Shown here in pieces: positions 12,544 to 24,820 of a stretch of 49,344 nucleotides of DNA (positions within the stretch are counted from its first letter, which is position 1; each line of letters starts with the position of its first letter). The DNA lies in assembly GCF_001194135.2 (NCBI RefSeq), contig NC_068998.1, positions 41,365,738-41,415,081 on the forward strand, read 5' to 3'. The position numbers and the translations under genes were made by a program. The stretch is from Octopus bimaculoides (taxonomy: Eukaryota). The notes beneath the pieces are model-generated. The model was not told the origin of the DNA and searched no databases. It saw only the letters and a program-made list of their open reading frames with translations.

Positions 12544-12928
12544 ATAGTAAAGTTCATTTGCCAACAGAATGTGGCGGTCCTCTAAAGGACGATGTTACTG
12601 TTGGTTAAGCTCCAGGAAAACATCTTTTCCACCTGACTATCGACACATAGTCTGTGTCCGTATAGTGTTAGCAAGGTAGGTCATCACTCCTATCGTCAGC
12701 CTTACGTGATACTCACAGACCATGGTTTCTGGGTGTATAATCATCCTCAGTGTCTGTGAGTATCACGTAAATTGGGAGTTGGGAGCAATGACCTCCCTTG
12801 CAAACACTATACGGACACAGGCTGTGTGTCAATAGGCAGGTGGAAAAGATGTTTTGTTGGGGCTTAAACAACAGTAACATCGTCCTTTAGAGGACCACCA
12901 CATTCTGTTGGCAAATAAACTTTACTAT
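12544..12928. mobile_element. Fold-back element: two 177-bp inverted arms around a 31-bp loop
   Basis: 12544-12720 is the reverse complement of 12752-12928 (roughly 85-90% identity by eye). Ends are TAGTAAAG...CTTTACTA; AATAAA at 12914-12919. Confidence 0.9.
12710..12756 (-). ncRNA. Hammerhead-ribozyme-like motif (minimal type I) in the loop of the fold-back element
   Basis: Minus strand reads ACA-CTGAGGA-TG attatacacc CA-GAAA-CCATGG-TC-TGT: CUGANGA core, GAAA, palindromic helix III ACCAUGGU and a GUC triplet. Helix II is only 2 bp. Confidence 0.55.
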
Positions 12929-13469
12929 ATATATATATATATNNNNNNNNNNNNNNNNNNNNNNNNNNNNNNNNNNNNNNNNNNNNNNNNNNNNTTTATT
13001 AAAAATCATACAATGTATATAATAATAATAATATTAGGGATAAAATTCAAAATTACAGGTAAAAACTCAATTAAAATCAATTTATTAAAAATCATACAAT
13101 GTATATATGTATGTGTGCCTAGACACACGCACAGATATATATAAATTGATAGATAAATCGATATATACATCTAACTGCATATATGTATACGTATATTCAT
13201 ATGTATATGTAAATTTATATGAATCTATCTATCTATCTATTTTCTGTTTGTATATATATACAGTATAAATACATTGAACATTAATGTTATTAGCGTAACA
13301 CTGTGGTGTTTTTGATGTTAGTTCTTCATCATAAAAAAAGAGGGGGGCGTAGATAGATTGAGGAAGTCAAAGAGTCAGTGAAAGATAAGAAAGGAGAACG
13401 ACCGATGGGTTAGAAATGAGGATGGAATGTTGTTCTGTGAGAGGAAGTTAATTGAGGAGTGGGTTGTAA

Positions 13470-13718
13470 AGGCATATATAAGAGAGTTGCAGTATCTAGA
13501 CCCTTTGAATTACAGGTACAACAGAAACAGGAAGTAAGAGTGACAGAAAGTTGTGGTGGAAGAGTACAGCAGGGTTCGCCACCATCCCCTGCCGGAGCAT
13601 CGTGGAGCTTTAGGTGTTTTCGCTCAATAAACACTCACAACGCCCGGTTTGGGAATCGAAACCGCAATCCTATGACCGCAAGTCCGCTGCCCTAACCACT
13701 GGGCCATTGCGCCTCCAC
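13470..13718 (-). mobile_element. tRNA-derived SINE with well-preserved head
   Basis: Minus strand GGAGGCGCAATGGCCCAGTGGTTAGGGCAGCGGACTTGCGGTCATAGGATTGCGGTTTCGATTCCC: Pol III A box (TGGCCCAGTGG) and B-box-like GGTTTCGATTCC, then a non-tRNA body. 3' end approximate. Confidence 0.8.
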
Positions 13719-14544
13719 GGTATATATATATATTTATATATGCATATATATAAATATATATACAGTGGAGGCGCAATGAAACGTGCGTACTGCAATCACT
13801 TTTGAAATCCGTGTTGCTTATTGTTTGATTGATGCATATATATATATCTGTATGTTTATATGTATATACATATATATGTATATATACACACACACACACA
13901 CTCAGGCACACACTCACACAAACAAGGGTCAGCCATTGTGTAATTCAGTTTCTATTTGCACTATTCTCTTCTATAGCAAGGTTAATCAAAATGAAATAAA
14001 AATATATAGTGCATTAATTTCTAACTCATTCTTGGAAACGAAGCCAAACACACACACACATACACACACACTCTCTCAAATGTAATACACATATGTGTAT
14101 GGAAGTTTTACACTAGTTTCTTACACATTATTCTTAAGATGGCATACGCATATATATAGAGGTAGATAAATAAGTAAGCAGGTAGATATTTCTATCGATA
14201 GATATTGCTATCGATAAATAAGCATATAAATATATTGATAGATATATATGTGTGTAGGGATGTAGACAGATAATCCGACAGGTGAATACATGTAGTGTTC
14301 CGTGTGTATACGTGCATATGAGTGTACGTCTCTATATATGTGTTTATGTATAGGTATATGTATGTCTGTGCGTGTGTGTGGGTGTGTGTTAGTGTTTGTG
14401 TGTGTATTTCTGTATTTAAACTCTCTCTATCTAAACAGTGAACAGTAAATTCTAAAAAAATCACTTTGAAAACAGCTTTTAAGCGAAAAACTTATATGGA
14501 GTGGAGTGGAGTGGAGTGGAGTGGAGTGTCATGAGGGAGTGGAG

Positions 14545-14760
14545 GTACGTGGATTAGGGTGTCAGCATCATGATCGTAAAATTGTGGTTTCGAATCTTGG
14601 ACCGGGTGACGCGTTGTGTTCTTGAGCAAAACACTTCATTTCACGTTGCTCCAATCCACTCAGCTGACAAAAACGAGTAAAGCTGGGGAACACATACGCC
14701 ATTGAAACCGGGAAACCGGGCCCATGAGCCTGGCTTGGCTTTAAAAGAGCGCATTTATTC
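14545..14760 (+). mobile_element. SINE family C (cttgagcaaaacacttcatttcacgttgctcc core)
   Basis: B-box-like ggtttcgaatc; homologous to reverse copies at 23995-24235, 37890-38070 and 44060-44310. Preceded by (GGAGT)n. Confidence 0.7.
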
Positions 14761-15640
14761 TTTTTATTTTAAGTCATGAGAGAACGCTAAGAATTTAAAA
14801 GTGTCGTAAAGGAAATTTACTTCATAGAGAGAGAGAGAAGAAGAAAAGGTATAGAAAGATAGGGAGGGAGAAAAGAGAAAGCTAAAGTAAAAAGAGTGAG
14901 AGAGGAGAGAGTAACGGTCAAAATTGTATAGATAAAGGTAGGAAGAAACAAAGAAAGAAGGAATAAAGATTATGGGAAGTAAGATAGAAGAATAAAGAAA
15001 GATAATTTGCAGAAAATTACTATTAGGTAATGGGTAGGTACTATTTGAAAAAACTGAAGGAATGTTTATTCCAGTACGTCCACTTGTAAACTCTCTCCGT
15101 AAACATGCTTACCAGTTTATATTTACATACACATATGTTTACATACACATGAGTAGGAACATTTATCGATAGATATTGATAAGATAAGTTCCAGATAAAA
15201 ATTCTAGGATCGATTGAAAACCCACAAAAACCCCTGCAGAGCAGTGCCGTTAACTAAAGACATTACAAACCAGTAATAGAAAGAAGCATACTGCGCCAGT
15301 GTCTTGACTCTAATTATTTAACACGACTGCCCTTCCTTCTCTGAAACTGTAGTATCCCATTATACATTATATCAAATACTTTTAGCACTTTATTCTCTTA
15401 TAATATTGAATAACTGATATATGTTATTGTATTAACACTGTTTGTTCTCTTAGGTCTATAATAACGGCAAAGAGAAAATTGTACGTTTCTTATTTCTTTT
15501 AAGAATGGGAATAATGTTCAGTTGAATGCTGTCTTCTGTTTGGCGATAATTTCTAATTTCTCTGATGGTTATAATTCTTAGAATTCTACAATAGATATGT
15601 AGTATTCCCCGAAGGTGTCTCCATAATTATTGTTTTCCAT

Positions 15641-15726
<86 letters not shown>

Positions 15727-16078
15727 NNNNNNNNNNNNNNNNNNNNNNNNNNNNNNNNNNNNNNNNNNNNNNNNNNNNNNNNNNNNNNNNNNNNNNNNNN
15801 NNNNNNNNNNNNNNNNNNNNNNNNNNNNNNNNNNNNNNNNNNNNNNNNNNNNNNNNNNNNNNNNNNNNNNNNNNNNNNNNNNNNNNNNNNNNNNNNNNNN
15901 NNNNNNNNNNNNNNNNNNNNNNNNNNNNNNNNNNNNNNNNNNNNNNNNNNNNNNNNNNNNNNNNNNNNNNNNNNNNNNNNNNNNNNNNNNNNNNNNNNNN
16001 NNNNNNNNNNNNNNNNNNNNNNNNNNNNNNNNNNNNNNNNNNNNNNNNNNNNNNNNNNNNNNNNNNNNNNNNNNNNNN

Positions 16079-16113
<35 letters not shown>

Positions 16114-17618
16114 CACATATATATATACATACATAGATATGTAAATAAGTACTTACATGGATACACATATATGTATTAATATTATCAACATACACTGGTG
16201 TGCGTCTCTGCATATTTGTGTATATGTATATATGATATACATATACATATGTATAATATGCGTTTATGTTAGTTGAGATCGAACGTTGTTAAATGTATGT
16301 GTGCACGTGATTTGTTTGGTATATGAGGCAGAAAATTATCCTCAAATAACACCTTACCGTCTTAATACGGAAGGGCTCAAAGGATAATCAATATAATCCA
16401 GTATATAGAATAAAAAGGAAGGTCATTAATGGAACGCCTTTGATCAAGGAGCAACCTAATCAGCGCTGTACCATTCTTGAGCAACAGCCTCACCACCACC
16501 ACCACCACCGCCACAACTACAACACCATGCATATGATAGCACCAAGAATAACGTTGACAACAACAACAGCTACCACACACCACCAGCACCAAGACCCCCC
16601 CACCACCACTACTACTACTACTACTACTGCAGCATATGCATTTCTCTTATTGCACTCTGATCTACGTATCGGAGGATTTAAAAAGAATTGGCCAGTTTTG
16701 CTACTTCTATTTCATCGCGTTTGGAGTTCAATCCCCGCCGGGTATTGCAGAAGTCTTTCGGTGGAGTGGGTTCTGTTAAATTAACCGTCATATAAATCTT
16801 ACTGGGACCGAGTTAATTGCTTTTCGTTTAAAGTTCAAGGGTTATTTGTTTTGCACTTCGAAGATTTGTTCTTAAAGTTCTTTATCCTTGTGCGTACATT
16901 TAGGCATCAATTTTGAATTTCGTTTTGTTGAATAGAATATGAATTCTATGTTCTTCTACTCAACAAAAACGTTACCTTCTAAACTGTTTTTATAAAAAAC
17001 TAACAAGCTTCACCCTTGATCTTCCCATATTTAATTTCTCAATATTGTTTATCCTTCTAATTCCAATTATACAGGGATAAAGAGAAGATATTCATGTTTA
17101 TGTATCTGAAAGAGAGGATATGTAGTGTGCAACTGAACTTAAATATACTTTCGGTTATCCTGATCACCGTTGTCTGCAGTGTATCGAGTAGTTAGATAGA
17201 GCAACGCTTTCGTCAGATACCTCCCATCGTGAGAACAGAATATATCAAGCATAACTACAGCTGCATTGGTCTTAGAGAGTTGGCTGTTTCCTAACTGAAT
17301 ATGTTTCACTATAAATTCTATAAATTCTACACATTAAACATCATTTTTATGCAGCTGTTTGTAAATTTATTATTTTTGATAAACAAATTATCGTATACGG
17401 ATATTGGTAATGTACTTCCGAATCAGTGTTGATACATTCCTTGGCAACGTGTATATTAAATGCTGAGGAGAATTGAATCCTATCATTTTTCTTATGATGT
17501 GACCTTACTCTAATCATAACTACTAAAAAAAAACGAACGATTTTCATGTAGGTAAAGTACTTTGAGAGAGTCAAAGAGTGAAAGAGGGATAGCGACAGTG
17601 AGGAATAAACAAAGCGAG

Positions 17619-17672
<54 letters not shown>

Positions 17673-18059
17673 NNNNNNNNNNNNNNNNNNNNNNNNNNNN
17701 NNNNNNNNNNNNNNNNNNNNNNNNNNNNNNNNNNNNNNNNNNNNNNNNNNNNNNNNNNNNNNNNNNNNNNNNNNNNNNNNNNNNNNNNNNNNNNNNNNNN
17801 NNNNNNNNNNNNNNNNNNNNNNNNNNNNNNNNNNNNNNNNNNNNNNNNNNNNNNNNNNNNNNNNNNNNNNNNNNNNNNNNNNNNNNNNNNNNNNNNNNNN
17901 NNNNNNNNNNNNNNNNNNNNNNNNNNNNNNNNNNNNNNNNNNNNNNNNNNNNNNNNNNNNNNNNNNNNNNNNNNNNNNNNNNNNNNNNNNNNNNNNNNNN
18001 NNNNNNNNNNNNNNNNNNNNNNNNNNNNNNNNNNNNNNNNNNNNNTATATATATATACA

Positions 18060-18225
18060 TATAACAACAAAGTGAGGACGTGATACGGATAGTGTTATTA
18101 GACGCTCGGGAAAGGAAAGAGAGAGAGCATGACGTTTCGGGCGGAGCCCTTCGTCGGAAAGAAGGAAAGTTCAAAGAATGGAAAAAACGGAGGAAGAAAA
18201 ATCGGCACCGATGCCCACGAGGTTA
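18060..18225 (-). mobile_element. Penelope-like element terminal remnant with a variant hammerhead motif
   Basis: Shares cttcccgagcgt..taata with 36790-36900. Minus strand reads CCGACGA-A-GGGC tcc GCCC-GAAA-C-GTC. Confidence 0.6.
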
Positions 18226-18261
18226 CATTGTGGATATATATATATATATATGTATATATGT

Positions 18262-18445
18262 TTGTGTGCCTGCGTCTGTACCCACACCATCGCTTGACAA
18301 CCGATGTTGGTGTGTTTACGTTCCCGTAACCTAAAATAATAACCATGCTTACAAAGAATAAGTCCTGGGTTCGATTTGTTCGACTAAAGGCGGTGCTCCA
18401 TCATGGCCATAGTAAAATAACTGAAACAAATAAAAGAATAAATGA
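18262..18445 (+). mobile_element. SINE family A, 3' half
   Basis: caccatcgcttgacaaccgatgttggtgtgtttacg...aaggcggtgctccatcatggcc...ctgaaacaa; recurs at 27523-27700 and 44410-44600. Confidence 0.75.
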
Positions 18446-19169
18446 ATAACCAATCAAATGTGTTAACGCGTTTCCAGACATCTGACCAGAATGGAATAGT
18501 GTCCATAAAAATCGGAGTGTTCGACTTAGAATGCATTTTTATCCCTCATATCTCCAATCGAATTTTCCTTTACAATTCTATGTTGTCCAAAGCTCAATTG
18601 TGGCATAAAACTTCGAGTAGTGATGGATTGAATTAGCAAGTCCAAACTAATATTCATATTTATTGTTTCAGAATCTATAAAACGTGATGATCAGAAATCG
18701 AAATATGTGTCGCTGATGTATGTATTTATCTTTGTTAGTGTTAGCATGTGTACACAGATACGCTCCCTGTATCGGGTCTGTGTGCATGCTCACAATAACA
18801 CACAAGAAAACACCTTTAACACGGACATTAAACGAAACTTTCGGGCAGAGCTCTAGGTTGCTGTAAGTATACATACTCATGAATATTCATGATAATTCCT
18901 ACACTACGTCAACACTGGCGGTTGTGTGTTGAGCAACAGGAAGATTAATTCATGATGACTTCGAGAAAGAAAAGAAAAACATGGCTGCGGTAATACAATA
19001 AGATAAGGTATTTGGTGGTATAAAGTCAACTATGTACACACACAGTCACAAACACACACACACAACACACACACGCACACACGAACAAACACACAGATAT
19101 AATAGACACTGAAACCTTAAAGAATACTTACAGAAAACAATATGGCCGTTTATCTAGTATAACATTTCC

Positions 19170-19975
19170 CTGTCAAGTATACTTACATAGACATGCATAT
19201 TTGTAAATATCCTTCTAGAACTTTTAGTTGAATGAGCCAACCCCAGTACTTGCTATTTCATTAAGCCTGTGGTCGACAGTACTTAACAAAACCCCTCTCC
19301 GCTGAAAAGTAACCAATCTACTTCTAGCCCCCTCCCTACCTACACTTCTCTGCTCAAATTTATACTCCTCCCTTTACCGCCATCCCCCCCGCCAATACCA
19401 ATTCAATTCCCTTGTCTCGATAACAACTTCTTTTCACCACCTTCACATCCGCTTTAGCTACTGAGCCAATCAACTGATTCCCCTCAAATAATAGCCATCC
19501 CCGTGCCTCTATCTCAACCTTTAAATCCATAAAACTATCACAAAAGTCATAATTTACATACTATCTACACCGCCCTTCCTCCTTCCTCGCACGTTCCATA
19601 CTATACTACTATCACTAGCCTCATTATTAACCCCTACCCAGAAATCTATGTTTTCCTCCAACTGCTCCCTATCTAATAACTCGCAACTCCCCTTTCTAAC
19701 ACAGTTCTCAAAAAATTCATTCCATCTTCAAACTCTTTCCTATCAACACTTCAAATGTAAAATTTATCAATGTAAAACTCTCTCCTAAAGACGGAGGCGG
19801 TGTTATCCGATAATAGATCCAAGTAACCATCATTATTCCGCACTATCAAACCTCCAGAAACAGCTGTTGGTCTCGTAAAGCTCTGCTCATTTGACTCCTG
19901 ATAACAATTATAGTCTGTAAGTCGGACTCTCTTATATCCATAAACATGTATATTTTTTTCTATTAAATGCATTTA
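19170..19975 (-). mobile_element. Decayed LINE (L1/Tx1-like) AP-endonuclease region
   Basis: Strong purine bias on the minus strand. Interrupted translation ...SGGLIVRNNDGYLDLL...DRKEFEDGMNFL...TVDHRL...GVGSFN resembles APE-domain order ending in SDH; many stops. Confidence 0.5.
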
Positions 19976-20100
19976 ATATTCTGTATAAATCCGCTTGCCT
20001 AGCTTCTCATCACATTTACTCATCTACCCGCTCAAGTGGATATCTCTTCAACACGTCGAAGTGTATTCTATATAGAGAATACCTATATACATACATATGC

Positions 20101-20152
<52 letters not shown>

Positions 20153-21127
20153 CATATGTATGTAGGTAAGTGCACAATAAGAGAAAGAGCGATAGTGTAG
20201 ATGAAGAGATACATCAAACAAGCATAGGTACATCCACAGACATTCATAGAAATAGTCATATAGGCTGACTGACCGACCGACAGACCGACAGAGAAACAAT
20301 CACGTGGACGTGCATACATTAATACACGCAGGAAGACAAACAGACAGACTGACAGGCAACCAGACAATCGTACTGTCAGATAATTCTTAATCTGGAAATA
20401 ATAATAAATACTTGATGCATGAAATTGTTAAGAATGTCATTAAGAGACTTGGATGTGACAACTAATAGAAACTGTGAAATTAACATTGGTGATATGACAT
20501 ACAGTGTATGCCGCTGTTTGAATAAGCTATCGTGATATAGTATCTACTTGGAACTGTAATGTTGTGGCGTACACAACTGTACAATGGCATTCATATAAGG
20601 GATAAGCGTGAATATCAAAATACAAGAAGCTATTGTAAAATATTCATTGATAATGTGGAAAAGTACTGCAGAACATCTTGAATAAGAATCTGCTGTAGCA
20701 TTAAGACGACTAAAATTTGTAGACCGGAAGTGTGTGTAAGATCGATAGACCCGATAGTTGGATGTGAAACCTGTGAGGTGATGATGGCAGCCTTCTCATA
20801 CAGAGTGTCACGTTGATTCAGTATAAAGTTAAGGTACAAGTGATATGGTGCACTGAGAATAGTTAAAGCATATTTCATCAAGTAGTGCTCCAGGTAATAG
20901 AATTCTTAATATTAGACTTCATCAAGGTAGAATAGTCGATCATTACCTGAAACAGCTGTAAAGACAAAACCTGCTGTCATCACATAAATTCTACGTAGAT
21001 TGTTTCATATAAATACATAAATACATTCTCCCACCAGTGGTTGTTTGTCTGTCATCCTTCTACTATACATACATAAAATGATTTACAAACATACATACAT
21101 ACATACATACATATATATGTATATGTA

Positions 21128-21157
21128 TCAGTATATATAAAAGGCAGAATGTGTGTG

Positions 21158-21223
<66 letters not shown>

Positions 21224-22093
21224 TGAATGTAATTTATGCACGTCCACAAATTAGCACGCATGTCACTCCAATTTTAGGAGGACATTCGTCATGACCCTAG
21301 CTGTATTTTCGTCAACTTATTTTTCTCAGAACATAACCGCTTCTGACACAGAGAATCGGGAGCCCCTTTGGGCATTCTATTTTCCTTGCTGGAAGGGTTC
21401 CCAACCCATAAGCAAAGGAGGGGTTAGATGATGGGGGTGGGTGGGTTTCAAAGGACTGGCATGTGCAACCTGATCATCTCTGCCGATCANNNNNNNNNNN
21501 NNNNNNNNNNNNNNNNNNNNNNNNNNNNNNNNNNNNNNNNNNNNNNNNNNNNNNNNNNNNNNNNNNNNNNNNNNNNNNNNNNNNNNNNNNNNNNNNNNNN
21601 NNNNNNNNNNNNNNNNNNNNNNNNNNNNNNNNNNNNNNNNNNNNNGCAATGTTGTGTCCGGTGAAGTCCTATTTGGGGAGAAAAATCAATAAACTGATTC
21701 CTTATGGGTTTTTTCCATTTAATCAGGATGAAAAAAAAAATCGATAAACCGATTCCTTATAGGATTTCCCGATAAAATTGGCTACACCCCATTTTCAAAC
21801 ATAACTTTTACCAATTTTGATGTATTTTGTTCAATGATGCCAGCATTACTTAGGACTCATGGCATCTTTGAATGCTTTAAGATCTCCAAAAACGTAAAAG
21901 AAAAAAACAACAAAAAATCGATGGAATTACCCAATCAAGTTGTCTGCAACTCATTTTCAGCCAAAGGTTTACCAATTTCAACGGATTTTGCCTAAATTTG
22001 ACGTCGATGTTGCTTTATTTGGTTTGAAATAAAGAACTTGATTAGCTTAATAATCCTAACTTAATCCCGGGCAAAACCGGGCTATACTGCTAG
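21128..22093 (+). mobile_element. Non-autonomous Helitron (contains an N gap)
   Basis: 3' hairpin CCCGG-gcaaaa-CCGGG (22066-22081), 8 nt before CTAG|T (22090-22094). Candidate 5' end A|TCAGTATATATAAAAGGCAGAATG followed by (TG)n. Inserted between A and T with no TSD. Confidence 0.7.
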
Positions 22094-22581
22094 TATATAT
22101 ATATACGTATGATTGTGCATGTAAATGTATATACATGCAAAATATGAGTGAATATATATAAGCCTATCAGCGTGCTTACAGTAATGTGTGGGTATACACC
22201 AGTGTGTGCATAAACTGTGTGTGTGTGCACAGTAGTAATTACACAAACAGCAGTCGATATATGCTGTAGGAGTATTGCACAATTTTGTTGATAATTTGAT
22301 CCTAACAGTGTAATAATATGGTTATGTTAATGGTGTTAGTAAATTTTGGTTGTATTGTTTTTTGTTTTATTTTGGTGTTGCTGGTGTGAAAGTAGCAGGT
22401 TTATTTCATAGGTGTGTATCTACTTCAGGTCTCTTACTTTTCCGAGCAGCATAAAATGATAACAGTTTCTGATATATGCACAGGCACACACACACACACA
22501 TTTCTGTGGATTATTTCGAATTAAACGGAGCTGACACCATGGCTTAGAAAATAATGAAATGTTTTCAGAAATGATATGAAT

Positions 22582-22780
22582 TATGTATGTATGTATGTAT
22601 GTATGTATGTATGTATGTATGTATGTATGTATGCATGTATGTATGTATGTATGTATGTATGTATGTATGTATGTATGTATGTATGTATATATGTATTTAC
22701 GTACATACGTACCTACGTATTTATGTATTATGTATGTACGTACGTACGTATGTATGTATGTATGTATGTATGTATGTATG
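22582..22780. repeat. (TATG)n microsatellite, imperfect
   Basis: Seen directly; source of the MYVC pseudo-ORFs. Confidence 0.95.
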
Positions 22781-22890
22781 TGCGTGTTTTTATTCACGTA
22801 AATCGGTTTTTGCAATGCAAACAGATACGTGAAAGCCAAATCTAATTTGTAGAAATAGTTCGTCTAAAATTCAGGTTTTGAAAATGCTCA

Positions 22891-23055
22891 GGCGCTAGAG
22901 TGGCTGTGTGGTAAGTAGCTTGCTTACAAACCACATGGTTTCGGCTTCAGTCCCTCTGCGTGGAACCTTGGGCAAGTGTGTTCTACTATAGCCTCGGGCC
23001 GACCAAAGCCTTGTGAGTGAATTTGGTAAACGGAAACTGAAAGAAGCCCGTCGTA
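22891..23055 (+). mobile_element. SINE family A head
   Basis: GGCGCTAGAGTGGCTGTGTGGTAAG (A-box-like), ggcttcagtccc (B-box-like), cttgggcaagtg core, gacggaaactgaaagaagcccgtcgta end running into microsatellite. Confidence 0.85.
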
Positions 23056-23078
23056 CACACAAACATATATCTATATCC

Positions 23079-23181
<103 letters not shown>

Positions 23182-23339
23182 TGAATAAAATCATAATTAA
23201 CTGATCTGCCTGCATTTTCTTTTCTCAAAGCCAGGAAATGTTCAGCATCCCTTCGTAAGTATTAAAAAGAAGTGTAAAGTTCAAATTTGCTTGTTAAACA
23301 ATATTGGCCCCTAATTCAGAAACAAACTCAGAAATTTTG

Positions 23340-23745
23340 AAGGGATGGGATTATTTGATATTTGATACTATCGATCGCAGTACTCGACTGGGATCTTTTT
23401 TATGAACCCTGAGGTATAGAAGGTAAAGTTGTATTTAGCATGATTTGAACTTGCAGCATAAGAAGCCAAAAGCAATACCGAAAAAATTTTACCGACGTGC
23501 GAGCTTGCGTCCTGCAATAATATTTCTTTCTAGTTTTTTTACAAGGCCAGCAATTTTGAGGGAATGCGTAGGTGAATTACATCGATACCAGTGCTCAACA
23601 GGTACCTAATTTACCGAACCTCAAAAGGATGAAAGACAATGTCTCCCTCTGCTGAATTTGAACTAAGAGCATAACGAAGGACAAAATATCATTAAGCATT
23701 TTCCCCGGCGTGACAACGATTCTGCCAGATGCTCTGTAACTCTTC
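23340..23745 (-). mobile_element. Two decayed copies of SINE family B
   Basis: Reverse-complement matches to gagctggcagaaacgttag...gagttcaaattc...ctttcatcc...ggtcgataaattaagtacc. Confidence 0.65.
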
Positions 23746-23994
23746 AACAGCGAAACTCCACGTCGAAGTAAAAAGAATAACCTTGATCGTAGATGATATT
23801 CCTTCTTATTGATAAAGAAGTGCATAAGAGAAATTTAAAAAGTCTCGCAAATATATCACTGAGGTTCGAATGGGGGATCCCGGTATATGCCAGCTTGAGA
23901 ATCACAGCACCATTGCTTGCTTTTGAGAGCAGACTGGATTATCAATAGTGTGTGATAATTTTGACTTTTTGTGTGTCTGTGCAATCTCTATACT

Positions 23995-24235
23995 CTTGGG
24001 CCAAAAGGATCAAAGGTTCTTCCCGACCCAGAGGCTCACGAGGCCGATTTCCTGGAGTCTGTGGTGTATATATTCCCTCCCCACTGAACGGGACGCCGGT
24101 AAGTCGCAGGGTTACTCATTTAAGTGGAATGAAATGAAATCATATGCTCGAAAACACAAGGCATAGCTGGTTCAGGAATCGAAACCACAATCTTGAGATC
24201 GTGAATGCATCACCCTAACCAGTAATCTACTCGTC
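23995..24235 (-). mobile_element. SINE family C
   Basis: gaatcgaaaccacaat..., gaaatgaaat..gctcgaaaacac; reverse complement of 14545-14760. Confidence 0.7.
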
Positions 24236-24469
24236 TTTACATAGTATTGGTTACAGAGAAAAGAATAATGACAAAAACTTCTAAACAAATAAATTTAGAA
24301 ATAAATAACAATATAATTATCGTCAATTCTTAAAACATCAGCCTATTCAATTATCTTTCATTTAATATAAAATCAACTTTACTCAGACTTGAAAGAAACT
24401 ACCGACAATCAACTACAAAAGCGGTTTTTAAAATTTTTTTTGCAGTAAACAATGATTTGTTAGTAATTG

Positions 24470-24820
24470 TCTTTGACTTTGTCACAAAGCTTGAAGTTTT
24501 GAGAGAAAGGAGGGATTTTTAGCCGATTTAAATCGATCTCATTTCTTGACTGGTACTTGATTTTGTCGACTACGGAGCAATAAAGTACAAAGTGGGCCTC
24601 GACGGGAATTCAAGCTAGAACGAAAAAAAGCTGCCAGTCCACGAACACTCCTTTCTACTATATGCACACGGACTGATACTCGTTTTATCAACTCGAATGA
24701 ATGAATGGCAAAGCAAACCTCGGCTGAATTTGAACTCAGAACGTATTGACAGGCGAAATGCTGCTGGGCATTTTGCGGCCTGACATACTAACGGTTCTGC
24801 TAGTTCGCTGCCATACGCAC
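24470..24820 (-). mobile_element. Two decayed adjacent copies of SINE family B
   Basis: ctggtact...gtcgac...aaagt...cctcgacgggaattcaagct and ggcaaagcaaacctcggctgaatttgaactcagaacgt...ctaacggttctgctagttcgctgcc. Confidence 0.65.

Noticed and set aside
12995-13106. 26-bp direct repeat tttattaaaaatcatacaatgtatat
   Set aside because: Abuts a gap edge; an artefact or trivial local duplication cannot be excluded.
13645-13718. Possible tRNA gene
   Set aside because: A and B boxes are present, but no complete cloverleaf or acceptor stem forms and the sequence continues into a SINE body.
20400-20880. Possible GIY-YIG endonuclease remnant
   Set aside because: Only vague resemblance (NVVAY...SYKG) with many stops; cannot be supported without a search.
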